Sequence record: PZ154896.1
Reading direction: 5' to 3' (one strand)
DNA length: 64,000 nucleotides
From: a phage
A program made the position numbers and the translations under genes. This document shows, in pieces, positions 27,267 to 35,714 of the stretch. How positions within the stretch are numbered: the stretch's first letter is position 1; each line of letters begins with the position of its first letter. The notes beneath the pieces are model-generated. The model was not told the DNA's origin and searched no databases. It saw only the letters and a list, made by a program, of their open reading frames with translations.

Positions 27267-27628
27267 TATAGACTCTCAGTAAAGGTACGAGCTATAACGT
27301 CGCGCTGTTGTTCTGGAGTCAGAGAGTTAAAGCGAACTGCATAACCAGATACACGGATGGTCAGCTGCGGATATTTTTCAGGATGCTTAACTGCATCTTC
27401 CAGAGTTTCACGACGCAGAACGTTAACGTTCAGGTGTTGACCACCTTCAATTTTAACTTTAGGTTGATGTTCAATTTCAATTTCACGGGCATTCAAACCG
27501 TAGAAAATTTCCGGGTCTACAATAGCGTCTTCTTTAAAAGTCTTAGAGACGATAATCCGGGCTTGAGTACCATCTTCAAAATAAATAGTGCCTTTATGTG
27601 CACCTTCAAGAATTTGATATGCTTTCAT
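27266..27628 (-). CDS. autonomous glycyl-radical cofactor (GrcA/YfiD-like)
   Basis: 120 aa; C-terminus carries glycyl-radical motif RVSGYAVRF and matches recalled E. coli GrcA/PFL C-terminus. Confidence 0.8.
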   Translation of the reverse strand: MKAYQILEGAHKGTIYFEDGTQARIIVSKTFKEDAIVDPEIFYGLNAREIEIEHQPKVKIEGGQHLNVNVLRRETLEDAVKHPEKYPQLTIRVSGYAVRFNSLTPEQQRDVIARTFTESL

Positions 27629-27634
27629 ATAACC

Positions 27635-27943
27635 TCAATTAGAAAATAAATTTATCCAAGTTTTTTCTTTAATCAAAAATGGGTCGGAATTAAACGCCAT
27701 TAAACTTTGGGTGATTAATCCCTTAAATGGCCCATCAATAAATTCCATTTTGAAATGCGGAATACTAGTCATCAACCGTGCATTAGGAGCAGTACAAAGA
27801 ACCTGTTGACCTGCGAACGGACCTTTAGTCAAACGATATCGTTTAGGTTTAAAATGGTAAATCTCGTAATTTTCTACAAGAGCCCTTTTATTGCATACTG
27901 GGCTGTTATAACAATACTCAAAAACTTCAATAGTGGTCATCAT
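27635..27943 (-). CDS. hypothetical protein (vs.7 position)
   Basis: ORF trimmed to MMTTIEVF. Confidence 0.4.
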   Translation of the reverse strand: MMTTIEVFEYCYNSPVCNKRALVENYEIYHFKPKRYRLTKGPFAGQQVLCTAPNARLMTSIPHFKMEFIDGPFKGLITQSLMAFNSDPFLIKEKTWINLFSN

Positions 27944-28479
27944 TGCATTCCAATCACAAAAAATTGAGGACGAGCAATACCGCCGATGCAATATTTGCTT
28001 TTGCAGCAGTGCTGTACTGATTTAATATGGACATTGTAAATCTTATCCATATCAGGAGCTTTAATAGGCTCGTCAATTATATACAGAATACGAGAAAGCG
28101 TTAATCCACGGAATTTAGAACCTTCATTACCAATAAAACTACGGACAGAATCAGTAAATAAACGGAATCGAATATCATCGCTAGAATAACGAGAAAATTC
28201 TTTTTTAATGTTGCCAGCAGAAATTTTAGCATAAGCTGAAGTATTAGAAAGAACAATAACTGTTCCACCATCGAGCAGCCAATTAGCGGCAAAATTAGTT
28301 ACTGCAGTTGATTTACCAGATTGTCTGCCACCATCTAAACGAAGTGTACAGTACTGCTTGAGTACGTCTTCAAATGGTGGGGCATAACCGTTCTTACAAA
28401 TTTCTTCTACTCTAGCATCAGAATGGTGTGTAAAAGCATTCATCAGGGATAGATAAGGTCCAGTTAAAAATGTTCTCAT
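27940..28479 (-). CDS. small P-loop NTPase
   Basis: 179 aa; Walker A GGRQSGKST and Walker B ILYIIDEP. Confidence 0.5.
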   Translation of the reverse strand: MRTFLTGPYLSLMNAFTHHSDARVEEICKNGYAPPFEDVLKQYCTLRLDGGRQSGKSTAVTNFAANWLLDGGTVIVLSNTSAYAKISAGNIKKEFSRYSSDDIRFRLFTDSVRSFIGNEGSKFRGLTLSRILYIIDEPIKAPDMDKIYNVHIKSVQHCCKSKYCIGGIARPQFFVIGMQ

Positions 28480-28652
28480 TTAGTTTCTCTTAAGGTTGGG
28501 GCCATTCCGTGGCACATGTTAGGTCCTTCGACTCGCTATGTAAACCCATTACCGCACTTGGGCTCGACCTTATTACAGGTTGGAAAAGGTACATCACTTA
28601 GAAGACTCGAGGTTCATAAGGAGAGGTTGCGTTTCCCTTTATTAGGCAAGAA

Positions 28653-28982
28653 TTATACTCTAGGCTTTTGAGCTTGTTTGGTATTGGATTCCCATGCGGC
28701 TTTGGTAATTTTGTTAGCGGCATAACCAAAGGCATTAGATAGAACACCTTTAGAGTTGAATACATCCAATCCAATAAGTACACCTGCTGTGTTAAATTTA
28801 GGAGCAAAGTACGCATTAGTTTTAGAAAGAGCTTTTTTCAATTCAGGGTCTTGAACCAAGCCATCAAAAACGCCTTTACCATTTACTTTATATGTTACTT
28901 TGGGATTTTTAGCTTCTTCGATAGCAGCTTTCTGTTCCGCAGATAGTGTAACTTCAGTAATAAATTCTTGATAGGTTTTCAT
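28653..28982 (-). CDS. internal-protein-like capsid-targeted protein (IP family)
   Basis: starts MKTYQEFITE (capsid targeting sequence, IxE cleavage motif); 109 aa. Confidence 0.65.
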   Translation of the reverse strand: MKTYQEFITEVTLSAEQKAAIEEAKNPKVTYKVNGKGVFDGLVQDPELKKALSKTNAYFAPKFNTAGVLIGLDVFNSKGVLSNAFGYAANKITKAAWESNTKQAQKPRV

Positions 28983-29043
28983 TTTGTTCTCTCTAGGTTT
29001 AGACCATTCCATGGCCCATGAATTGTCCATTTTCCGTATTTAC

Positions 29044-29093
29044 CACTCCAAGTAATTATGAATATACTATCACAATTCTAGGAGAAAGTAAAC
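29044..29093 (-). promoter_or_regulatory. PeSL-like early promoter cassette
   Basis: rc: GTTTAC, CTCC/GGAG inverted repeat around TAGTAT. Confidence 0.5.
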
Positions 29094-29095
29094 TG

Positions 29096-29398
29096 TTATT
29101 TACCTTTAATTACTTTAGCTGCTTCGATAGCCGCTTGCTGAAGGTCGTCCATAGACATACCGAATTTAGAAGCAAAGTTATCAATTTTCTTTTCGACCGC
29201 ATTCAAAGGCTTGGCCTGTTTACCTTCATTAGCGCCTGGAAGAGCGAGAATACGCTCTTTGTCAATATAAAGGCTTACAAGTTTCTTACGGTCTTTATCG
29301 GACAAATCATGAAATGAATGGGCCTTTTTATTTATAGCGGCTTCTAATTTACCTGCGCTCACTCGCGCTTCAGTAATAAATTCTTGATATGTTTTCAT
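29096..29398 (-). CDS. ipII: internal protein II-like
   Basis: 100 aa; starts MKTYQEFITEA; size matches T4 IPII. Confidence 0.6.
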   Translation of the reverse strand: MKTYQEFITEARVSAGKLEAAINKKAHSFHDLSDKDRKKLVSLYIDKERILALPGANEGKQAKPLNAVEKKIDNFASKFGMSMDDLQQAAIEAAKVIKGK

Positions 29399-29439
29399 AT
29401 GTTTCCTTTAAATGTAAATAGGCCTAAATATAGGCCTTA

Positions 29440-30018
29440 TTAATTACCACGGGCTGCATTAGCAACGGCATAAGCGTACTGAACATTAGCGTCTTTAAAC
29501 GTACCTTTAGAGGTATCTATTTCTGCCTTAAAGCCGCCTTTAGCCATAACATCGGCAAATTCTTTACGGAAAGCCATTGCATCAAGACCTTTCCATGATG
29601 ATTTGTGCTTGGCGAATTCAAGACCAGCGTAGTTGACAGCCTTAGCTAATTTATTATCAATAACCCATTTACCGGCTTTAGGCACAAACTTCGGTCCTTT
29701 TTGTTTAGAGAACAGTTTTAAATTCCAGCGACGAAGATCACTGTCGGCTTTAACAAAAGCTGCATCTAAGTTACTAGCAACAACATCTTCAATATGAGCA
29801 AATTTAAGTCCGTCAACTTCAATATTTAGATCGTTACGCCAGCGAAGTCCTTCCCAAGCGAAGGCTTTAAAATCAGAAGCTTTTGTGGCTAGATATCGTT
29901 CAAGTGGAGCAGTTTTAGGGTCAAAGCCGTTTCCGCCACGATAAGTCCACTCGTCCTTATTAATGCCTTGAGCTTTTCCTGCAAAGGCCTCGGCGATAAA
30001 TTCTTTATATGTTTTCAT
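29440..30018 (-). CDS. ipIII: internal protein III-like
   Basis: 192 aa; starts MKTYKEFIAEA; size matches T4 IPIII. Confidence 0.6.
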   Translation of the reverse strand: MKTYKEFIAEAFAGKAQGINKDEWTYRGGNGFDPKTAPLERYLATKASDFKAFAWEGLRWRNDLNIEVDGLKFAHIEDVVASNLDAAFVKADSDLRRWNLKLFSKQKGPKFVPKAGKWVIDNKLAKAVNYAGLEFAKHKSSWKGLDAMAFRKEFADVMAKGGFKAEIDTSKGTFKDANVQYAYAVANAARGN

Positions 30019-30036
30019 TTTTGTTTCCTTGTTTGT

Positions 30037-30078
30037 TTTGATAGAGTAATTATACCATATTAATACTTAAGCGTAAAC
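30037..30078 (-). promoter_or_regulatory. early promoter cassette
   Basis: rc: GTTTAC-N18-TATAAT. Confidence 0.55.
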
Positions 30079-30081
30079 TGT

Positions 30082-30342
30082 TTAAGCTTTACCGCCGGAA
30101 ATAATTCCGAAGTTGTTAAAATCGTATCCAATATCGTCAACATCTACTTTAGGGCTTGCTACAACATAAGCAATTTCACTACGTTTTGCATAGGTGTTGA
30201 TTTCTTTACCATCGCCACCTAAGAAAAAATACCCATTACGTTTTAATGAGCCAAAGTCTTCCGCATCACCAATGAAAGCTTTAACTTTAAATTTAGGACC
30301 TTTGGCATCTGCTTCAGCGATAAATTCTTGATACATTTTCAT
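30082..30342 (-). CDS. internal-protein-like capsid-targeted protein
   Basis: 86 aa; starts MKMYQEFIAEA. Confidence 0.6.
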   Translation of the reverse strand: MKMYQEFIAEADAKGPKFKVKAFIGDAEDFGSLKRNGYFFLGGDGKEINTYAKRSEIAYVVASPKVDVDDIGYDFNNFGIISGGKA

Positions 30343-30348
30343 TTTTCC

Positions 30349-30762
30349 TTAGTAAATTGATTTACCATAGTATTTGTACCAAGTAGGGCGCTGAGCAATT
30401 TTTTCATCTAAGCGTGCTTGACTTATCGCAATGGACGCTTCGGACGGGACATAATTATTACGAAATTCGGCAGGGATGTCGGAAATATCTTGGACAGTTG
30501 TGTCCTTGATTTTGAAACCACGTTTCAAGCATTCAGCGATTAACTCGATTTGACGTAAACGTAAAAATTCGAGTTTGTCGTAAAAGAATGTTACATGACC
30601 TGTGCCTAAGATAAATGTTGGAGAGATTTTAAAATCCTTTACACGTTTACCGTTTTGAACATGTTTACGGACTGCACCAAATACGCGTGGTAATTCACGA
30701 TACTCTGCCATAAGATGTTGGTCGGTCAGTTCAGAAACAAGTGTTAAATTGATACGAGTCAT
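30349..30762 (-). CDS. denV: endonuclease V (pyrimidine-dimer DNA glycosylase)
   Basis: start [12 protein letters not shown]; near-colinear by recall with T4 DenV; 137 aa. Confidence 0.9.
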   Translation of the reverse strand: MTRINLTLVSELTDQHLMAEYRELPRVFGAVRKHVQNGKRVKDFKISPTFILGTGHVTFFYDKLEFLRLRQIELIAECLKRGFKIKDTTVQDISDIPAEFRNNYVPSEASIAISQARLDEKIAQRPTWYKYYGKSIY

Positions 30763-30766
30763 AATT

Positions 30767-30819
30767 TCCTCCAAGTAGTTGATGAATGTATAGTATCAAA
30801 GTCCTTGGAGGAAGTAAAC
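30767..30819 (-). promoter_or_regulatory. PeSL-like cassette upstream of denV
   Basis: rc: GTTTAC; inverted repeat CCTCCAAGG/CTTGGAGG, 3' arm contains the denV SD. Confidence 0.55.
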
Positions 30820-30820
30820 A

Positions 30821-31102
30821 CTATTTTTCTGAAGCGCCTGAAATATATTTTTCAAGACGTTGTTTCATCAGCGAGCCGTTCTTAGCGATTTCTTCCGGTT
30901 TATCGCACATACGTAACAAGGCTTCAAGCTTAACGATATCACTGGTGCGCTCAAATTTGCGAGTATCTATCTTACTAGCAAGTTCAGAAATACGTGCTAA
31001 TAGACTTTCAGCTTCAACCAAAGCTGCACCTAGCTTAGTTGCAAATGTGTCAGTAGCTTCGTTAAGAATAGATTCTGATAAAAATTCACTATATGTTTTC
31101 AT
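30821..31102 (-). CDS. internal-protein-like capsid-targeted protein
   Basis: starts [10 protein letters not shown]; ATG overlaps gene e stop (ATGA). Confidence 0.6.
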   Translation of the reverse strand: MKTYSEFLSESILNEATDTFATKLGAALVEAESLLARISELASKIDTRKFERTSDIVKLEALLRMCDKPEEIAKNGSLMKQRLEKYISGASEK

Positions 31103-31587
31103 ATATACGCTTTCCAAGTTCCTGTTTTAAATGTTGAGATTACGCGTTTCGCGCGATTAGGTGTCTGACGATACCATTTAGATTGGGCTAGATTTACTGC
31201 CGCTTCGTCCCAACGTTTCTGTTGAAGCATACGAAGAGAATTAGTAAAACCAGCGACGCCTGCTACACCCATTTGGAAGACCATATTGACCAATGCACAT
31301 CGACGAACTGCATCTAAAGAATCATATACCGGTTTAAGTTTAGCATTACCCAAGATTCCGCGTACGGCTTTATCAACGTCTTCATTAAATAACTTTTCGG
31401 CCTCATCAAGGGTAATTGTACCGTTGCATTTACGTCCGATCATTCTGTCAAGTTCAGCTTTAGCTACGGCTAAAGACGGGTTCTTTGTTACTAAATGGCC
31501 TATGCCAATCGTCCAAAAGCCTTCAGTGTCTTTGTATAAAGTCAGTCTAAGACCTTCGTCATTACGAAGCATTTCAAATATATTCAT
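31099..31587 (-). CDS. e: endolysin (T4 lysozyme)
   Basis: start MNIFEMLR; catalytic region ...DEGLRL.IYKDTEG...TIGIGHL; 162 aa. Confidence 0.92.
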   Translation of the reverse strand: MNIFEMLRNDEGLRLTLYKDTEGFWTIGIGHLVTKNPSLAVAKAELDRMIGRKCNGTITLDEAEKLFNEDVDKAVRGILGNAKLKPVYDSLDAVRRCALVNMVFQMGVAGVAGFTNSLRMLQQKRWDEAAVNLAQSKWYRQTPNRAKRVISTFKTGTWKAYI

Positions 31588-31589
31588 AA

Positions 31590-31613
31590 TACCTCCCACA
31601 TTTATAGGAGGTA
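31590..31613 (-). promoter_or_regulatory. gene e late promoter inside an SD-sequestering hairpin
   Basis: minus strand reads ACCTCC-TATAAATG-tg-GGAGGT-att-ATG. Confidence 0.6.
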
Positions 31614-31621
31614 TTTATTAC

Positions 31622-32080
31622 TTATAGAAGGGTAGTGAGCACCTTATATAATGATTTGCCCATTACATATTCCCATTGAGAAGGTTTAATTAAAGCGAAT
31701 GCATCAAATTCAGGAATCTGTCGTCCGTCTGGGAACGTATGATAGGAATTACAAACACTGTTTCTGAATTGCTCGTGCTCTACAGGGATGGTATATAGGA
31801 ACAGATGAATATTCTTATTGTCTGAGTAATGATGTTCACCTAGGTCTTTCAGGAAGGCAGGGTCATATTGTGTAAACCCAGTTTCTTCTTCGCATTCACG
31901 AATAGCTGCTTCAATAGGAGATTCACCGGGCTCGACACGACCTTTAGGAATATCCCACCGATGAGCTAAAGAACCTTTAGGACGAGAACCAGTTACACGG
32001 CCCATGAATAACTCTTTATCTTTTGTCATGAAGATAATACCAGCTGATAGCTCTTTCACTTTATTTTTCTTACTCATCAT
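31622..32080 (-). CDS. nudE: Nudix hydrolase
   Basis: Nudix box GRVEPGESPIEAAIRECEEETGF; start taken at MMSKKNK. Confidence 0.75.
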   Translation of the reverse strand: MMSKKNKVKELSAGIIFMTKDKELFMGRVTGSRPKGSLAHRWDIPKGRVEPGESPIEAAIRECEEETGFTQYDPAFLKDLGEHHYSDNKNIHLFLYTIPVEHEQFRNSVCNSYHTFPDGRQIPEFDAFALIKPSQWEYVMGKSLYKVLTTLL

Positions 32081-32568
32081 CTCAAATTCCTGCATTCGGT
32101 AATAAAACGTTCAACTTCATTATTCTTGGCTTTTATCTTGTCTTTATGTTCTTGTAAACTACTTTTAATAAGATTAATAATGATGGCGGCGGTACCGCCG
32201 CCAATGATGCCACCAACAACACTTATGATACTAGATGCTAATAAGATAGCAATAATATCAACAAAACCGAAAGAACTCACCTTAGTACTGAAAAACCATA
32301 TAGACGGTACAAATATAATCCATCCTGTTATCCATTGGCACTTATTGAAAAACCTTTCAAGCTCAGCTTGAGTTGTTCGTATTACTTCATCGATAGGTTG
32401 ATATCCATTAATGTATCTGTTCACGATAATACCTGCTGGCTGGTCGATTTTAAATTCTTGGCAAATATTTTTCACTAAGTAGGATGGACATCCTGTCCAA
32501 TCTACTGAATAGTATGAAATACCTTCATTGCCATCGTCTATATTAGACCAATATGTTTTGTTAATCAT
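32077..32568 (-). CDS. membrane protein with C-terminal ERFITECR tail (FIKECR family)
   Basis: 163 aa; hydrophobic segments; conserved C-terminal tail. Confidence 0.5.
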   Translation of the reverse strand: MINKTYWSNIDDGNEGISYYSVDWTGCPSYLVKNICQEFKIDQPAGIIVNRYINGYQPIDEVIRTTQAELERFFNKCQWITGWIIFVPSIWFFSTKVSSFGFVDIIAILLASSIISVVGGIIGGGTAAIIINLIKSSLQEHKDKIKAKNNEVERFITECRNLR

Positions 32569-33254
32569 TACCAGCCTTCCATAGGAAATTCCAGATAAAC
32601 TTGAGCATTGACACGAATTTCATTGGTAATCTTTTTAACTCGGTCTGTATTACGAGATACACGTCCGAACCAACGCCATCCATTACTAATTGCACGAGAA
32701 CCAGTGTGCCATGTTTGCCAATCAAACTGAAGAAGAGTACGATCTGGAGCTTCCCATTTCTCTAGTTCACCTTTTTCAATTTTTTCGAGGACTTCTTTGT
32801 GCCACTGGCGATAGATAAGTTCGCCATCAGGAATCTGACTGAACTCTGCAGTTCCTGTTGCAAAATGAGTAGGACACACATCAGCGTTAACAAGACCAAG
32901 AATATGTTCAGAATAGTAACGAGGGTTGTCATAATCAGGTTGTCCTGCAGTAATAAAGTGTTGACCAACTGGAATATCAGGGCGTGGTACGTCATCATGG
33001 TGATATCCAGGAATAGCAGGATACCAACCAGGCATCAGCATGTGAACTCGTGAATCAAATACTACATCCGAGTCTTTCCAATCGTCAGGAAGATTTTGGA
33101 TAAAGCTACGAGTAATTGGGCCGCCATTATCAAAAGCAAAATTCAAATCGCAGTTAAAAAACATAGGCTCGTTTTTAATCTGGTCGTTTTTAATCGCATG
33201 AGCAAAACCACCTACTGCACGAGCTTGACTATTAAACACTTTAGAACTATTCAT
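32568..33254 (-). CDS. hypothetical protein
   Basis: 228 aa; Trp/His-rich. Confidence 0.5.
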   Translation of the reverse strand: MNSSKVFNSQARAVGGFAHAIKNDQIKNEPMFFNCDLNFAFDNGGPITRSFIQNLPDDWKDSDVVFDSRVHMLMPGWYPAIPGYHHDDVPRPDIPVGQHFITAGQPDYDNPRYYSEHILGLVNADVCPTHFATGTAEFSQIPDGELIYRQWHKEVLEKIEKGELEKWEAPDRTLLQFDWQTWHTGSRAISNGWRWFGRVSRNTDRVKKITNEIRVNAQVYLEFPMEGW

Positions 33255-33255
33255 A

Positions 33256-33561
33256 TTATTTTCCTCGACATTCTTTAATGAAATTTTCTAGATTGGTAGA
33301 TTCAATAGCTTTTTTACGAGCTTCCGCGTGTTCTTCTTCAGACAATTTACATTTATAATTGACCCAGACATTATGGTCAAAACTAGTCGTGGCATATAAT
33401 AACAATGCTCCAACGAATAGCAAAAACGGTGATAAGAATACAAAACCAGGAACACCATCCATATCGTAAGCCTTTTGTAATACTGCAACAGAAAGGGCTG
33501 CGTAAAAAGGTGATGCAAATATTGTTAAAAGACCAATTCGGTTGGTTTCGCCTAATTTCAT
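33256..33561 (-). CDS. membrane protein with C-terminal ENFIKECR tail
   Basis: 101 aa; two hydrophobic segments; tail ...LENFIKECRGK. Confidence 0.5.
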   Translation of the reverse strand: MKLGETNRIGLLTIFASPFYAALSVAVLQKAYDMDGVPGFVFLSPFLLFVGALLLYATTSFDHNVWVNYKCKLSEEEHAEARKKAIESTNLENFIKECRGK

Positions 33562-33580
33562 ACTATTCTCCTCATGTTTT

Positions 33581-33620
33581 AATAGGACTACTATAACATA
33601 GTCCCTATAATTATGTAAAC
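33581..33620 (-). promoter_or_regulatory. PeSL-like early promoter cassette
   Basis: rc: GTTTAC, near-perfect inverted repeat ATAGGGACTA/TAGTCCTAT around TGTTATAG. Confidence 0.55.
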
Positions 33621-33632
33621 AGTTTTGCGAAA

Positions 33633-34589
33633 TTATTTGAAAGGTTTTACCATATGGAAATTTTGTTTGAAACGTTTGACGTAATCATCATGTCCTAAGC
33701 TTTGGTACATACTTACTACTTTGCTGTAGTTTTCCCAGGCATACTCACGGAACCAACCAGAGGTGATGCTTGTACAGACTTTTTCTAATGCCATCATAAA
33801 ACTGGCTTCAGGGTTAATTTTAAAGTCATTAGGAATCTGAGAACGTTCTAATGCTAGTACACATGATTCTTCGTATACACCGGCCAATTTGACCATTTCT
33901 GGTAATGATTCGAACTTCTCACGTGAGGTCATGACTTCAGAACCGTCTTTCATATAAAATGTATACGCTGGACGGTCTGTTAGTGCAATGGCTTCATGAA
34001 TAGTATCATGGTCATATGTATAGATATCATCTTTAAAGAACGCACTTTTAGAAGTGTCAAGAACCGGGTGAGCATAGTTCAAGGTTTCTTTCTGGCGTTT
34101 CAGCATAATTTCAGTAAGTTCATCGTTCAGTGTAACACCTTTACCACGAAGATACTGAATATGGTTCATAGTCTTTAAAAAGAACGGATTATTTTTCTTG
34201 AAACGATGAGACATCTTAATTGCAAGACATATCTCAGGAGTTGCCCAGTAAAACCCATTCAAACGGTCTTTAGACAAATGTTTCTTGGCGTATTTTAAAA
34301 GGTCATAAGAAGACGTGAAATCTTCAGGAGTGAGTTCACCGACTAATTCACGGACATTAGTGATTGCCGGAACAATATACGCTTCAAAATGAGTTTCGCG
34401 TCCATTATGGAAGCATTTGAAAACTTGGACATCAGGGTTATCTTGATGAACATATACACCCATCATTTGATTTTTGAATGTATTCCAAGAACCTTGGTCT
34501 GCAATAAAGTCCCAGTCACTATTTTTGATAGCGTTAGAATCAATAAGACCATGATAGTGAAGTGCACGAGAACCAATAACTAACATCAT
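33633..34589 (-). CDS. nucleotidyltransferase-fold protein (putative)
   Basis: 318 aa; N-terminal IGSRALHYHGLIDSNAIKNSDWDF fits GS...DxD motif. Confidence 0.4.
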   Translation of the reverse strand: MMLVIGSRALHYHGLIDSNAIKNSDWDFIADQGSWNTFKNQMMGVYVHQDNPDVQVFKCFHNGRETHFEAYIVPAITNVRELVGELTPEDFTSSYDLLKYAKKHLSKDRLNGFYWATPEICLAIKMSHRFKKNNPFFLKTMNHIQYLRGKGVTLNDELTEIMLKRQKETLNYAHPVLDTSKSAFFKDDIYTYDHDTIHEAIALTDRPAYTFYMKDGSEVMTSREKFESLPEMVKLAGVYEESCVLALERSQIPNDFKINPEASFMMALEKVCTSITSGWFREYAWENYSKVVSMYQSLGHDDYVKRFKQNFHMVKPFK

Positions 34590-34617
34590 AATATTTTCCT
34601 CGGATTAATTCATTAAC

Positions 34618-34857
34618 TTAAATTTCACGACATGCGATATCATATTCATCCCAGAGGTCATCGTGTGAAGCCTCTACCAATGGAACGATTGTACCATTTA
34701 TGTCTTCATTATAAGGGCAAATTGTACAGTGCGCATCTTCGAATCGAATGCCTTTGTGTTCAGATTTTTTATAACGCATATCGAATATCTTTGCAAACTT
34801 TTCACGAGTAATGGTTTTAGCAACCACTTCGGTTCCAACACTTTCGTAATAAATCAT
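34618..34857 (-). CDS. hypothetical Cys-containing protein
   Basis: 79-aa ORF. Confidence 0.45.
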   Translation of the reverse strand: MIYYESVGTEVVAKTITREKFAKIFDMRYKKSEHKGIRFEDAHCTICPYNEDINGTIVPLVEASHDDLWDEYDIACREI

Positions 34858-34875
34858 TGTGGACTCCGTTTAATT

Positions 34876-34915
34876 TGATAGGACTACTATAACATAGCCC
34901 TATCTTGTTGTAAAC
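34876..34915 (-). promoter_or_regulatory. PeSL-like early promoter cassette
   Basis: rc: GTTTAC, inverted repeat GATAGGGCTA/TAGTCCTATC. Confidence 0.55.
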
Positions 34916-34919
34916 TGTT

Positions 34920-35117
34920 TTAGCAAGAATAACTAGATGATACCCAGCCTTGAACAGTAATACTATTATTTGATACCGAGATCGCGTTCTGGAGATTCAG
35001 ACCTGCGTTATCTTCAATCCATAATGTAACTTCTTCGCGTTCTTCTGTTGCAATTTGGAACAGGTTTTCCAGGGCAGCTACTGCCGTACGTACAGCACAA
35101 TCTAATTCACGAGACAT
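34920..35117 (-). CDS. small protein, WxSSxxC-tail family member 1
   Basis: 65 aa; ends ...GWVSSSYSC. Confidence 0.5.
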   Translation of the reverse strand: MSRELDCAVRTAVAALENLFQIATEEREEVTLWIEDNAGLNLQNAISVSNNSITVQGWVSSSYSC

Positions 35118-35126
35118 ATGATTTCC

Positions 35127-35399
35127 TTAGCAAGTGTGAGAAGATGCAATCCAACCACCAGTTTCGAGGCTCAGATTGTAGTCGTATTGGTAAACGTCAG
35201 CCCATTCAGCATAGCCGTTTTTTGTACAACGTTCAAGATCGGCTTTAAGATGTCCGGGTGAATGATAGGTTCCACCCATACCATAAGCTGGACACAAGTC
35301 GAATGTTGTGTTTTGTTTATCAGCAATTTCTTTGGCAGCCTCAATAGCTGCATAGATTTTTGCTACAGCTTCAGCCAGTTCGGTTTGTTCTTTAGACAT
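35127..35399 (-). CDS. small protein, WxSSxxC-tail family member 2
   Basis: 90 aa; ends ...GGWIASSHTC. Confidence 0.5.
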   Translation of the reverse strand: MSKEQTELAEAVAKIYAAIEAAKEIADKQNTTFDLCPAYGMGGTYHSPGHLKADLERCTKNGYAEWADVYQYDYNLSLETGGWIASSHTC

Positions 35400-35408
35400 A
35401 GTGATTCC

Positions 35409-35714
35409 TTAGCACAACGCAGAAGACGAAACCCAAGCACCTTCAGTAATAACGTAACCATTACCTTCACGCTTAACATCGCCACCATTATTTTCAATTT
35501 CATTTTTCATCCACTGGGATACGATTTCACCCTTAGGATAATAAGTACGACCGCTACCATAATCACCTACAGAAAATGATACGGCGTATTGGTCTGCGAT
35601 CTTTGTTGCTTCTTCTTCGATACGTTCAGCTTGATTCAGAAGTTTATAAATTGCATCTGAAGCGGATTTGGCATCATTAAACTCTGGTACTTTAATTTCA
35701 ATAATCTTACTCAT
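35409..35714 (-). CDS. small protein, WxSSxxC-tail family member 3
   Basis: 101 aa; ends ...GAWVSSSALC. Confidence 0.5.
   Translation of the reverse strand: MSKIIEIKVPEFNDAKSASDAIYKLLNQAERIEEEATKIADQYAVSFSVGDYGSGRTYYPKGEIVSQWMKNEIENNGGDVKREGNGYVITEGAWVSSSALC

Noticed and set aside
28598-28816. 72-aa minus-strand ORF spanning the GC-rich intergenic region and the 3' end of the first IP gene
   Set aside because: Out-of-frame overlap with the IP gene, no RBS; likely spurious, though the underlying intergenic segment is flagged separately.
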